64,000 bases of DNA, taken from positions 161,880-225,879 of the forward strand of contig OZ243041.1 in the NCBI GenBank assembly GCA_965212055.1. The letters are read 5' to 3'. Positions 39,410 to 48,547 of the stretch are shown one piece after another. The position numbers and the translations under genes are program-made. Each line of letters begins with the position of its first letter. The first letter of the stretch is position 1. The DNA is from Fidelibacterota bacterium (lineage in GTDB: Bacteria; Fidelibacterota; Marinisomatia; Marinisomatales; Marinisomataceae). The notes under the pieces were generated by a model. The model worked only from the letters and a program-made list of their open reading frames with translations. It had not been told where the DNA came from and searched no databases.

Positions 39410-39934
39410 ATGATTCTATCAGGAAAAGAAATTATCAATAGACAAGGGAAGGATATAGTAATTGATCCTTTTGATGAGAATCAAGTGAATCCTAACAGTT
39501 ATAATTTACGATTACACAATGAATTGTTAGAATATGATTCCCCTATCTTGGATATGAAGAAAGAAAATTCTGGAACTAAAATTATTATCCCAGAAGAAGG
39601 ATTGCTTCTAGAAAGTAATAAATTATACTTAGGAAGAACTGTCGAATATACAGAAACCAATAATTTTATTCCTATGTTAGAGGGAAGATCATCTGTCGGT
39701 AGATTAGGATTGTTTGTTCATATTACAGCTGGATTTGGAGATGTAGGATTTAAAGGATACTGGACACTTGAAATTTTCTGTGTTCAACCAGTCAAGATCT
39801 ATCCTGGTATAGAAATTTGTCAAATTTTTTATCATTCTATTGATGGAGATTATGATTCATATGAAGGCGGGAAATACCAAGCCAACAAGGATATTCAAAC
39901 CAGTATGCTCTACAAAGATTTCGATAAAAAGTAA
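39410..39934 (+). CDS. dcd: dCTP deaminase
   Basis: [18 protein letters not shown] and GF.G..TLE motifs. Confidence 0.9.
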   Translation: MILSGKEIINRQGKDIVIDPFDENQVNPNSYNLRLHNELLEYDSPILDMKKENSGTKIIIPEEGLLLESNKLYLGRTVEYTETNNFIPMLEGRSSVGRLGLFVHITAGFGDVGFKGYWTLEIFCVQPVKIYPGIEICQIFYHSIDGDYDSYEGGKYQANKDIQTSMLYKDFDKK

Positions 39935-39938
39935 GATT

Positions 39939-40175
39939 ATGTCGTTTATTTTTATAAAAATGATAAAAATGTATCAAATTATTTTATCTCCGCTTTTGGG
40001 TTCAAATTGTCGGTATCAACCGACTTGTTCCAATTATGCAATTGAATCAATCAAACAATGGGGAGTCATTCAGGGATCGGTGTTGTCATTTAAAAGAATT
40101 ATGAAGTGTCATCCATGGGGATCCAGTGGTTATGATGCAGTTCCTACCAAGCATGAGAGAACAAAAAATGAATGA
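39939..40175 (+). CDS. yidD: membrane protein insertion efficiency factor YidD
   Basis: YQ..LSPLLG..CRY.PTCS.Y...I...G...G......RI.KCHP motif. The start at 39939 avoids overlap with dcd. Confidence 0.85.
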   Translation: MSFIFIKMIKMYQIILSPLLGSNCRYQPTCSNYAIESIKQWGVIQGSVLSFKRIMKCHPWGSSGYDAVPTKHERTKNE

Positions 40176-40857
40176 GATTATTCAATATCTAACTAACAAT
40201 CTTACTCTACCATTTATTTTTATTCTTGGGATGTTTCATGCGTTAGAACCTGGTCATGGTAAAACATTTATTCTCGCTTATCTTACTGGTGGTAAAATAC
40301 GTGTTTGGGGAGCGCTTCAGTTAATTATTGCGTTAATTGTAACCCATTTTATGCTTTTTTCTTTGATGGCATATCTAATAAAACTTGGAAGTGATAAATT
40401 TCCTATTTTTCTAGAATTCATTGGGCCTACCTTAATTATATCATTAGGCATATATCTTCTTTATAGATCTTTAAAAGAAACTCGTCATGAAGACGATGAA
40501 GATTGTGATGATCCAGCACATTTTCATTTTAGTGAATCTAAATTTTCTAGTCCCATTGTGACTGGATTTGTTGCTGGACTAATTCCATGTCCATCGGCTT
40601 TAGGAGTAATACTAATTTCAGGTATGACTTTCAGTGGTCCAGCGCTTTATTTCAGTATCTTGATTTATGTTTTAGGAATTGCACTTACTTTAATTAGTAT
40701 TATTCTGTTATTCCTATTCTTCAAAGAAAAAGCACAGAATCAACTCAATGCTGTTAACAAAAAATTCAATACAAATCTAATCGCAGCATTTTTGATTATT
40801 ACGATAGGAGTTTTATACTTGTTAATGAATCTATTGGGACCAGGACACCAACATTAA
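40168..40857 (+). CDS. NicO/RcnA-like nickel/cobalt transporter family membrane protein
   Basis: HALEPGHGK signature. His/Asp-rich cytoplasmic loop [17 protein letters not shown]. Six TM segments. Confidence 0.65.
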   Translation: MNEIIQYLTNNLTLPFIFILGMFHALEPGHGKTFILAYLTGGKIRVWGALQLIIALIVTHFMLFSLMAYLIKLGSDKFPIFLEFIGPTLIISLGIYLLYRSLKETRHEDDEDCDDPAHFHFSESKFSSPIVTGFVAGLIPCPSALGVILISGMTFSGPALYFSILIYVLGIALTLISIILLFLFFKEKAQNQLNAVNKKFNTNLIAAFLIITIGVLYLLMNLLGPGHQH

Positions 40858-41219
40858 AGAACATCTATTCCAAGCTTCTTGAATAAAGCTATCGAGACAG
40901 TAAAGAGAAAAAACATTATTATCAAAGCGATTCCCATACTTATCATAAATGAAAAATTTTTCTTTAATAAATAGGGGAATACTATAAAAAATGATAAAGA
41001 AAGTAGTGTTATCAATGCTATGTTGTAAGAATAATCAATTATTTTTTGATTAGTCGCATTACCCATATGATAATATATTATTGTTGTTATTGACATTATT
41101 GGAATAGAAACAAGGATTGATGCTATAACTACATTATTCTTAATGCTTTCTTGATCTAGAATTTTTCCAACAATAAAAATAATTATTGCGGGTAATATAA
41201 ATTTAATTGCTTCAAACAT
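40854..41219 (-). CDS. hypothetical membrane protein
   Basis: 121 aa, four hydrophobic segments, no motif recognised. Confidence 0.4.
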   Translation of the reverse strand: MFEAIKFILPAIIIFIVGKILDQESIKNNVVIASILVSIPIMSITTIIYYHMGNATNQKIIDYSYNIALITLLSLSFFIVFPYLLKKNFSFMISMGIALIIMFFLFTVSIALFKKLGIDVL

Positions 41220-41263
41220 GATTTTTTGTAATTTTCATAAACAATTTAAGAAGAAATAAAAAA

Positions 41264-42058
41264 ATGGACTTGAATAATATTTATATTGGATTTGCATTAG
41301 CCACCTTTGCTGGATTGAGCACAGGGATTGGTAGTTTCCTAGGATTATACTCAAAATTTGAGAATAAAAGATTGCTATCACTGGCTCTTGGATTTTCAGC
41401 TGGAGTAATGATTTATGTTTCTTTTATGGAACTCCTTCTGCTTTCTTTTGATTCATTGGGAGGACTATATGGAGATACTTTTGGAAAATTAGTTGGGGTT
41501 ACTTCCTTTATAATGGGACTATCAATTATGTTCTTTATCGACCAATTATTTGACCACCATTCAATAGCTGATTTTATTGCACGATCTTCCAATAAAGATG
41601 AATCATTGTTAATCCGTACCGGAGTATTTTCTGCACTTGCGTTAGCTATTCATAATTTTCCAGAAGGATTTGCAACATTCACAGCTGCAGTATATGATCC
41701 AACCGTTGGAGCAACTCTTGCAATTGCTATTGCAATCCATAATATCCCTGAAGGGTTAGCAGTTTCAGTTCCTATTTATTATGCTACTAAGAGTAAAAGT
41801 AAAGCATTCTGGGTGTCGTTTGCGTCAGGTCTTGCTGAACCTGTTGGTGCATTGATTGGATTCTTGATTTTTCGTACTGTATATAATGACGCATTATTTG
41901 GAGTATCTTTTGCTTTTTGTGCTGGTATTATGATCTATGTAGCTTTAAATGAACTATTGCCTGTATCAAGAGAGTATGGAAAGCCTAGCGATCCTATTAT
42001 AGGCGTAACTGCTGGAATAATTGTGATGGCAATAAGTTTAATATTAATGTATGCCTAG
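41264..42058 (+). CDS. zupT: ZIP family zinc transporter ZupT
   Basis: HNFPEG and HNIPEGLAV motifs, 264 aa. Confidence 0.85.
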   Translation: MDLNNIYIGFALATFAGLSTGIGSFLGLYSKFENKRLLSLALGFSAGVMIYVSFMELLLLSFDSLGGLYGDTFGKLVGVTSFIMGLSIMFFIDQLFDHHSIADFIARSSNKDESLLIRTGVFSALALAIHNFPEGFATFTAAVYDPTVGATLAIAIAIHNIPEGLAVSVPIYYATKSKSKAFWVSFASGLAEPVGALIGFLIFRTVYNDALFGVSFAFCAGIMIYVALNELLPVSREYGKPSDPIIGVTAGIIVMAISLILMYA

Positions 42059-42063
42059 CTACC

Positions 42064-42660
42064 TTATAATAGGCTTGTAATCTCTTCGGAGAGAGGTTTT
42101 ACTTTAGAATCAAAAAATCCAACCAATTCACCTTCTTCGTTCACCAAATATTTACAGAAATTCCATGTTGGTCGTTGCGCATTCCATCCATTCAAATCTT
42201 TGTTTGTTAACCATTGATATATTGAACTTTGTTTTTTTCCTTTTGTGGTAGTTTTTTCAAACATTGGAAATGTAATGCCGTAATTTGTTTCACAGAATTC
42301 TTCAATATCTTCATTGCTTCCAGATTCTTGATTGAAAAAATCATTTGCTGGAAACCCAAGAACAATGACTTTATCTTGATAGATATCTTGCAGTTTTTGA
42401 AGGCCTTCATATTGGTAGGTATATCCACATTTTGATGCAACATTTACGATTAATATTTTTTTATTTTTGTATTGATCAAAACTAATTTTTTTTCCATCAA
42501 TAGAAATCGCTTCTAACTCATAAAAACTTGTTTTTGGAGCAATATTGTTTGTGTTTAAAATAATATTTTTTGCTTTCTTTTTTGCTTTGAAACTGCTTAT
42601 GAATAGTGCTCCAATGCCTATAGCAAAAATTAACAGTAAGTATGGTAATATCTTTATCAT
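42064..42660 (-). CDS. glutathione peroxidase (Cys type) with an N-terminal membrane anchor
   Basis: VNVASKCGYT, FPANDF and WNF.K(Y)LV motifs. Confidence 0.85.
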   Translation of the reverse strand: MIKILPYLLLIFAIGIGALFISSFKAKKKAKNIILNTNNIAPKTSFYELEAISIDGKKISFDQYKNKKILIVNVASKCGYTYQYEGLQKLQDIYQDKVIVLGFPANDFFNQESGSNEDIEEFCETNYGITFPMFEKTTTKGKKQSSIYQWLTNKDLNGWNAQRPTWNFCKYLVNEEGELVGFFDSKVKPLSEEITSLL

Positions 42661-42830
42661 TATTAATGGTTATATTGTACCATGTTTTTGGTGAAAAAAG
42701 AAGAAGAATTATCTGATACAGTACAATGGATTGCAAATCATTTTGAGCAAATATTTATTATTTTTTGTATCTTTTGTGTCTTGATATCTTTATTATTTTT
42801 TTTAAGGTTATATAGGAATCGACATCGCGA

Positions 42831-43637
42831 ATGAAAAATTATTTATTACCAATCTTGTTTTTAGTGATTTTATCATGTAACAAAACAGAGGCGTCACTTC
42901 CACCTCAAAAACAAGAAAATTCAAATGTATCTCAAGTGTCTTCACCTCAAACTAATGTGCAGACTCAAACAATTATTTTTCGTGATGCTCAAGGCAATAT
43001 TTTAACAGAAAGCCAAAAAGATAGTCTAGTTCAAAATACAGAAGGCATTCAAGCGTTAAGAAGTTTTAATGATAATAATACTGAATATATTTTATTCAAA
43101 ACTTTTGATGATTTGAGAGGATTTGTTCCAGATGATGTAATCGATAATCTAATCAGAGAAGATAAACTCAGAAAAAGCGGGGGACCGGCACAAGTTTTTA
43201 GGCAACGTTTGCTAGATAAATGGCAAAATCAACCATTACCTGAAAAGAAATTTTCTTTAATGAGTGGAGAAGAAAAAAGTTTTTCTGATTATTCTGGTTC
43301 AATGCTTGTAGTAAATTTTTGGTATACAACTTGTGGACCATGTATCATTGAAATGCCTGTATTAAACCAATTAGTTGAGGATTATAAAGAGTCTGATATC
43401 AATTTCTTATCGTTTAGTTTTGATAAAAAAGAAGATTTAGAAATTTTCCTTAAAAATACTGAATTCAATTATGTACATGCACGAGTTGATCTAAATTTTA
43501 TGTATGATTTTGATATTACTGTCTATCCAACACATTGGATTGTAGATGAAACTGGAATTATTAGAGATTTAATTGTTGGGACTTCATTAGATATCTATGA
43601 TAAACTATCTTCTTCCATTGAAAAAAATAAAAAATGA
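42831..43637 (+). CDS. TlpA-like thiol:disulfide oxidoreductase lipoprotein
   Basis: Lipobox ILSC. Thioredoxin-fold motif FWYTTCGPC. Confidence 0.7.
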   Translation: MKNYLLPILFLVILSCNKTEASLPPQKQENSNVSQVSSPQTNVQTQTIIFRDAQGNILTESQKDSLVQNTEGIQALRSFNDNNTEYILFKTFDDLRGFVPDDVIDNLIREDKLRKSGGPAQVFRQRLLDKWQNQPLPEKKFSLMSGEEKSFSDYSGSMLVVNFWYTTCGPCIIEMPVLNQLVEDYKESDINFLSFSFDKKEDLEIFLKNTEFNYVHARVDLNFMYDFDITVYPTHWIVDETGIIRDLIVGTSLDIYDKLSSSIEKNKK

Positions 43638-43672
43638 ATTTTTAATCAATTATTCATTTTGTAATATCTCTT

Positions 43673-44452
43673 ATGACAATTAAAAAATTCCTATCTGTTA
43701 TCATTTTCTCAACTTTTTTATTTGCACAAGGACATGTAGTACTTCCTGGCCAGAATGGGATTATAGCTTCTTTCGAGTATGATAGAAGTGTAGATTTTTT
43801 TGGTGAGGGTGATTTTCTAAGAGACAATTACAATAATTCAGTGAATGTTGGATATGTTTATAATGGATTATTTGGAATAGATTTTTCTTATGGATATTCA
43901 TTTTTTAATAGCAAAAAGGAATATGATGTTGCAGAAGGGGAGTTTGATTTCTCTGGTGATTTTCGATCAAATAATCCTGATTTAGGTGATCAAGGATTTT
44001 CATTGGGTTTTACTTATTACTTGAATAATAATGCCAATATGCCTGTCGATATGTTATTTGGTTTAAGATATGGAGCAAATGACTATGATAGCGATGCATT
44101 GGATGTGTTAGATCAAGACTTTCACAAAAAATATTATACTATTCAAGTAGGCGCATATAAGAATCTTGAAACGAGCGCACAATTTCGCATAGTACCAACT
44201 TTGACGTTAAACTTGATTAATGAAAAAAATATTCACAAAGAAATAGTGATTGAAGATGATATTGCTACTGAAGACACAGTTTCAAGTACAAAAAATCATA
44301 CCAACATTCAGTTTGGTTTCCCAATTGTGTTTGATCAAGGGACGGTATTAAAACAATCGATAAATACACAGTTTATTGTTGAACCCACTCTATCTAGAGT
44401 TTTTGGGGAAACACATTTTGGATTTAAAGTGAGTTTCTTGTTTAATAACTAA
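43673..44452 (+). CDS. hypothetical outer-membrane beta-barrel-like protein
   Basis: Signal peptide. Alternating aromatic/Gly-rich strands. Confidence 0.35.
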   Translation: MTIKKFLSVIIFSTFLFAQGHVVLPGQNGIIASFEYDRSVDFFGEGDFLRDNYNNSVNVGYVYNGLFGIDFSYGYSFFNSKKEYDVAEGEFDFSGDFRSNNPDLGDQGFSLGFTYYLNNNANMPVDMLFGLRYGANDYDSDALDVLDQDFHKKYYTIQVGAYKNLETSAQFRIVPTLTLNLINEKNIHKEIVIEDDIATEDTVSSTKNHTNIQFGFPIVFDQGTVLKQSINTQFIVEPTLSRVFGETHFGFKVSFLFNN

Positions 44453-44464
44453 TTAAGAGTATTA

Positions 44465-45553
44465 TTGGCTTCTCCATTCAACATTCATAAAGACATTTCT
44501 AAAGCCGAAACACTACCTGCATCGTTCTATAGAGATGCATCTATGTTTGAAACAATGAAAGACCAAATTTTTTTGAAATCTTGGCAATGGGTTGGAGATC
44601 AATCATTAGTAAAATTACCAAAATCTTTTTATCCGTTTGTATTATTAGATGGCTATTTAACTGAACCAATGTTACTTACTCATGATAATAGTGGTAATAT
44701 CAATTGTCTTACCAATGTTTGTACGCATAGAGGGAATATATTGGCAATGTCATCAGGAAAATCAAATAAACTAACATGTGATTATCATGGAAGACGTTTT
44801 AAACTCAATGGAAAATTTGAATCAATGCCTGAATTTGAAAAAACCAAAGATTTTCCAAGACCTTGTGATAATTTGCATCAATTTCCTTTAAAAAAATGGG
44901 GCCCATTTTTATTTGCTGGACTTAATCCTTCCTTTGATTTTCAAAAAGTAATTGATGTAATGGATCAACGTATAGGATTTTTACCATTAGATAAATTTTC
45001 ATTGGATAATACTCTGTCTAAAGAATATTTAGTTCATGCTCATTGGGCTTTATACTGTGATAATTATCTAGAGGGATTTCATATTCCATTTGTGCATCAA
45101 GGATTAAATAAAGTATTAGATTATGGTAGTTACCAAACAGAAATATATGATTATTGTAATGTGCAGATAGGATATTCTGATGACGCAGTTGAAACCTTTG
45201 ATTTTCCGAAAAATCATATGGATTATGGTAGCAACATAGCTGCATATTATTTTTGGGTATTCCCTAATATGATGTTCAATTTCTATCCTTGGGGATTATC
45301 AATTAATATTGTTAAGCCTATTGATATCAATACGACTAAAATATCATTCTTAAGTTATGTTTATGATAAAAATAAACTTCATAAAGGCGCTGGGAACGAT
45401 TTAGATAAAGTAGAGAGGGAAGATGAATTGGTTGTTGAAAATGTGCATAAAGGAGTTCGTTCTTCATTCTATAAGGCTGGTAGATTCTCTCCGACTAGGG
45501 AATTAGGTGTTCACCATTTTCATAGATTGCTAGCTCAATTTCTAAATAATTAA
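44465..45553 (+). CDS. Rieske [2Fe-2S] non-heme-iron oxygenase alpha-subunit-like protein; TTG start
   Basis: Rieske motif CTHRG-x16-CDYHG. Downstream E..H....H mononuclear-iron pattern (NYLEGFHIPFVH). Confidence 0.75.
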   Translation: MASPFNIHKDISKAETLPASFYRDASMFETMKDQIFLKSWQWVGDQSLVKLPKSFYPFVLLDGYLTEPMLLTHDNSGNINCLTNVCTHRGNILAMSSGKSNKLTCDYHGRRFKLNGKFESMPEFEKTKDFPRPCDNLHQFPLKKWGPFLFAGLNPSFDFQKVIDVMDQRIGFLPLDKFSLDNTLSKEYLVHAHWALYCDNYLEGFHIPFVHQGLNKVLDYGSYQTEIYDYCNVQIGYSDDAVETFDFPKNHMDYGSNIAAYYFWVFPNMMFNFYPWGLSINIVKPIDINTTKISFLSYVYDKNKLHKGAGNDLDKVEREDELVVENVHKGVRSSFYKAGRFSPTRELGVHHFHRLLAQFLNN

Positions 45554-45595
45554 AATTGCTGAACAATAGCTGTATTATTAATTATATTAAATAAG

Positions 45596-45796
45596 ATGAA
45601 AGCAATAGCAATACTCACAGCAGTTCTTCTACTAATCAATAGTTTATATGATTTTGGCCTTTTAGTCTCAAGTTTTTGGCAGTACGGTGGTTTACCATAT
45701 GGCCTAGAATATGTTATCAATAATTTGTTATGGGTTCTAACCCAGGGTATGTTAGGTCTTTTTTTCATTCTATTTGCAACAAATTCAAAGAATTAA
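45596..45796 (+). CDS. small two-TM membrane protein (hypothetical)
   Basis: 66 codons, two hydrophobic helices. Competes with an antisense ORF. Confidence 0.3.
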   Translation: MKAIAILTAVLLLINSLYDFGLLVSSFWQYGGLPYGLEYVINNLLWVLTQGMLGLFFILFATNSKN

Positions 45797-45805
45797 ATTT
45801 TATTG

Positions 45806-45877
45806 CTGGGATGGATGGATTCGAACCATCATCATCTGCGTTAACAGCGCAGCGTCTTGCCATTAGACCACATCCCA
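45806..45877 (-). tRNA. tRNA-Asn (anticodon GTT)
   Basis: The reverse complement folds as tgggatg...ctGTTaa...ttcgaat...catccca-g. The U1:A72 pair is typical of tRNA-Asn. Confidence 0.9.
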
Positions 45878-46030
45878 AAACAGTTGAATATCGTTCGAAT
45901 TTACCAAAAAAGAAAGCGGGAGATTCAGGCTTCATGATCAACATTACAAAGAGATATAATCTAATATGTTATTAAGCTTAAGAACAATCCCCCGCCTCAA
46001 CTAACTCATATTGACGTTCAAATTTTATAA

Positions 46031-46080
46031 CTTGTTTTTTTAAAAAACAAGAAAAAACCGACTGGTCGGTCTATTTTTTT
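46031..46080. terminator. pair of hairpins flanked by A/T runs (bidirectional terminator between tRNA-Glu and tRNA-Asn)
   Basis: cttgtttt/aaaacaag AT-rich stem (46031-46051). accga-ctgg-tcggt stem (46057-46070) flanked by A6 and T7. Confidence 0.5.
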
Positions 46081-46121
46081 ATATAATACAAATTTGATAT
46101 CAAAAATCAGGAAAGGGTTTG

Positions 46122-46193
46122 CAGCCGGTAGGGGAATCGAACCCCTGTTGCATGGATGAAAACCATGAGTCCTAACCACTAGACGAACCGGCC
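46122..46193 (-). tRNA. tRNA-Glu (anticodon TTC)
   Basis: The reverse complement is ggccggt-tc-gtct-agtggtta-ggac...ttTTCat...ttcgatt...accggct-g. The first acceptor pair is G:U. Confidence 0.85.
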
Positions 46194-46236
46194 AAAAAAA
46201 CGTAGCTAATTTAGCTTCTGGCTAATGCATTTCCTA

Positions 46237-46545
46237 TCAATTTACATCAAGAATATCTAGCAATTCTCCATTGTCATGTAATTCTCCTGCAATATCTGCT
46301 CCCCCAATTAATTTGCCTTTGACAAATAGTTGTGGAAAAGTTGGCCATCCAGATAATTCAGATAAATCAGGTCTCATTTGGGGATCTTCTAGAATATTTA
46401 CATCTTTGTAATTAACTCCGTAGTGATTAAGGATTTGAACTACAGTATTTGAGAAACCGCATACTGGTGCGTCTTTGGTTCCCTTCATAAATAGAACAAT
46501 AGCATTTTCATCTATAATTTTTTTAAATTGTTCTTTAAAATTCAT
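46237..46545 (-). CDS. grxD: monothiol glutaredoxin (Grx4 family)
   Basis: CGFS active site. WPTFPQLFV.G.L.GG.D. Confidence 0.9.
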   Translation of the reverse strand: MNFKEQFKKIIDENAIVLFMKGTKDAPVCGFSNTVVQILNHYGVNYKDVNILEDPQMRPDLSELSGWPTFPQLFVKGKLIGGADIAGELHDNGELLDILDVN

Positions 46546-46580
46546 GTCTTAATTTATCATATAAAGGCGAAAGAATAACA

Positions 46581-47351
46581 ATGAAATTATTTTCTTGGAA
46601 TGTTAATGGTGTACGAGCTATTGAAAAAAAGGGCTTCCTTGGTTGGATGTCTTCTACATTGCCAGATGTTCTCTGTATACAAGAAACAAAAGCTAAATTT
46701 GAACAATTACCAGATACTCTTCAGGAGATTGATGGTTATTATTCTTATTGGCATTCAGCTGAGAAATTAGGGTATAGTGGAGTAGCAACATTCTGTAAAG
46801 AAGAACCTTTACATGTTCAGTATGGATTAGGAATTGATAAATACGATCAAGAAGGCAGAGTCTTAATCACAGAATTTGAAAATTTTTTACTCTATAATAT
46901 TTATTTTCCTAATGGTCAAAAAGATGAATTTAGATTGCAATATAAACTAGATTTCTATAATGATTTACTAGCAATTCTTAATGATCAAGTTGAATCAGGC
47001 ACTAATGTTGTTGTTGCTGGAGATTGGAATACTGCTCATAAACCAATTGATTTAGCAAATCCAAAAGCTAATAAAAATTATTCTGGATTTCTACCGGTAG
47101 AACGAGCACAACTTGATGAATATATTGAACATGGTTATGTAGATTCATTCAGATTGTTCCATGATGAACCTAATCGATATTCCTGGTGGACCTATCGTCA
47201 TGGTGCTCGAGAAAGAAATATTGGTTGGAGAATTGACTATTTTTTCACAAATCAAGAGTTTGCTAATCAAATAACAAATGCTGATATCCATGAGAATGTA
47301 ATGGGATCAGATCATTGTCCTGTATCTTTAGAATTATCTGATAATCTCTAG
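46581..47351 (+). CDS. xth: exodeoxyribonuclease III
   Basis: SWNVNG.RA, CIQETK, GDWN and SDHCPV motifs. Confidence 0.9.
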   Translation: MKLFSWNVNGVRAIEKKGFLGWMSSTLPDVLCIQETKAKFEQLPDTLQEIDGYYSYWHSAEKLGYSGVATFCKEEPLHVQYGLGIDKYDQEGRVLITEFENFLLYNIYFPNGQKDEFRLQYKLDFYNDLLAILNDQVESGTNVVVAGDWNTAHKPIDLANPKANKNYSGFLPVERAQLDEYIEHGYVDSFRLFHDEPNRYSWWTYRHGARERNIGWRIDYFFTNQEFANQITNADIHENVMGSDHCPVSLELSDNL

Positions 47352-48083
47352 AATTGAAAAATATAGACTTGCGGTATGTCCTACTCTTTCATTCTTGAGG
47401 CTATCTGGGAATTGAAAAATAACTGAATCCTTTATTTCTCTATCATAAGGATTAAAGTCATATTTTTTGAATTGGGAATCAAATTCTTTTATATTTTGCC
47501 ATCTAATAAGAGGATTTGGAAATCCATTCTCAAATTCATTATTAAAACTATTCAAATTTTCTGGACATCTATCAAATTTTCTTTCGTAATAATTTTTTGA
47601 ACTCCAAGGAACTTTATTGGTATCAATGTAGAGAGGGGTGGCAATAATATTGAATTGGACTATATGGTTAGGAGTAAATGATTTATTTGCAAACATTGTT
47701 ACAATACCGCCCATACTATGTCCAACGATATCCCATTCTTCAACATCAGGATTTTCACTAATTAGATTAGTAATGATTACAGCAAATTCTTTACCAACAT
47801 CACTGGGACAACGATTCCAATCATATTTATAAAAAAAAGTTCTATAGTTTTCTTCTACCAACATATTAAATGGTCTAACCCATTCGTGATGTATTCTCAT
47901 CCAGTATGGTGGGTAATAGCCATGGATTGCAATGATTGCTTTGTTGTTTTTGTTCTCAACAATAGTAGAAAGTCCATCTGGTAAATTGATTATATCTTTT
48001 TGAGAGTTATAAATATCCTGTGCAGAAACATTATTTACAAAAAATAGTACAAACAGTAGTGAAATTAGTCTTTGATTTATCAT
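47334..48083 (-). CDS. secreted alpha/beta hydrolase (lipase/esterase-like)
   Basis: Signal peptide. GHSMGG nucleophile elbow. Confidence 0.55.
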   Translation of the reverse strand: MINQRLISLLFVLFFVNNVSAQDIYNSQKDIINLPDGLSTIVENKNNKAIIAIHGYYPPYWMRIHHEWVRPFNMLVEENYRTFFYKYDWNRCPSDVGKEFAVIITNLISENPDVEEWDIVGHSMGGIVTMFANKSFTPNHIVQFNIIATPLYIDTNKVPWSSKNYYERKFDRCPENLNSFNNEFENGFPNPLIRWQNIKEFDSQFKKYDFNPYDREIKDSVIFQFPDSLKNERVGHTASLYFSILEIIR

Positions 48084-48106
48084 TGTATAATACTGAAATT
48101 GCGAAA

Positions 48107-48547
48107 ATGAGTTTTAAAATACAATTGGTAAAAACAGATGATGATTACCAAAAAATTTTAGCTGTTAGAAGAAAGGTTTTTATTGAGGAACAGAATGTTT
48201 CTGAAGATATAGAAATTGAATATGAAAAAGAAGCAGTTCACTTTTTAGCGCTTGATAATAATGATTGTGTTGGTACAGGACGATGGAGAAAGACAGATAT
48301 AGGTTTTAAATTGGAACGATTTGCCGTTTTACAACATTTAAGAGGAAAAGGCATTGGAAAAGAACTTGTGAACTTCATTTTAAATCAATTACCTGCTAAT
48401 CAAACAATCTATCTACATGCACAAGAGGATGTCATAAAATTTTATCAAAATTTGGGATTTGTCATTATTGGAGATAAATTCCTTGAGGCTGATATAGTTC
48501 ATTCGAAAATGATCTACAAACAAAAAAATAATAAATTCATTAAATGA
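48107..48547 (+). CDS. GNAT family N-acetyltransferase
   Basis: RGKGIGKELV acetyl-CoA-binding motif. The start at 48107 (MSFKIQL) removes the overlap with the convergent gene. Confidence 0.75.
   Translation: MSFKIQLVKTDDDYQKILAVRRKVFIEEQNVSEDIEIEYEKEAVHFLALDNNDCVGTGRWRKTDIGFKLERFAVLQHLRGKGIGKELVNFILNQLPANQTIYLHAQEDVIKFYQNLGFVIIGDKFLEADIVHSKMIYKQKNNKFIK

Noticed and set aside
39840-39938. Long form of YidD starting at 39840
   Set aside because: It would overlap the dcd 3' end by 95 nt in another frame. The conserved YidD sequence begins after the ATG at 39939.
42064-42660. Selenocysteine-type glutathione peroxidase
   Set aside because: The active-site position is an ordinary Cys codon within an uninterrupted ORF (VNVASKCGYT). 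There is no in-frame TGA.
45730-45975. Track ORF 45730-45975 (81 aa)
   Set aside because: It runs straight through the tRNA-Asn gene on the opposite strand and is an artefact of the GC-rich tRNA sequence. Likewise, ORF 45550-45768 (minus) competes with the slightly more plausible two-TM ORF on the plus strand.
4859-46070. Shared cgac..gtcgg hairpin core at 4859-4875 and 46057-46070 as a dispersed repeat family
   Set aside because: There are only two occurrences and only about 5-6 nt in common. This is compatible with chance among terminator hairpins.
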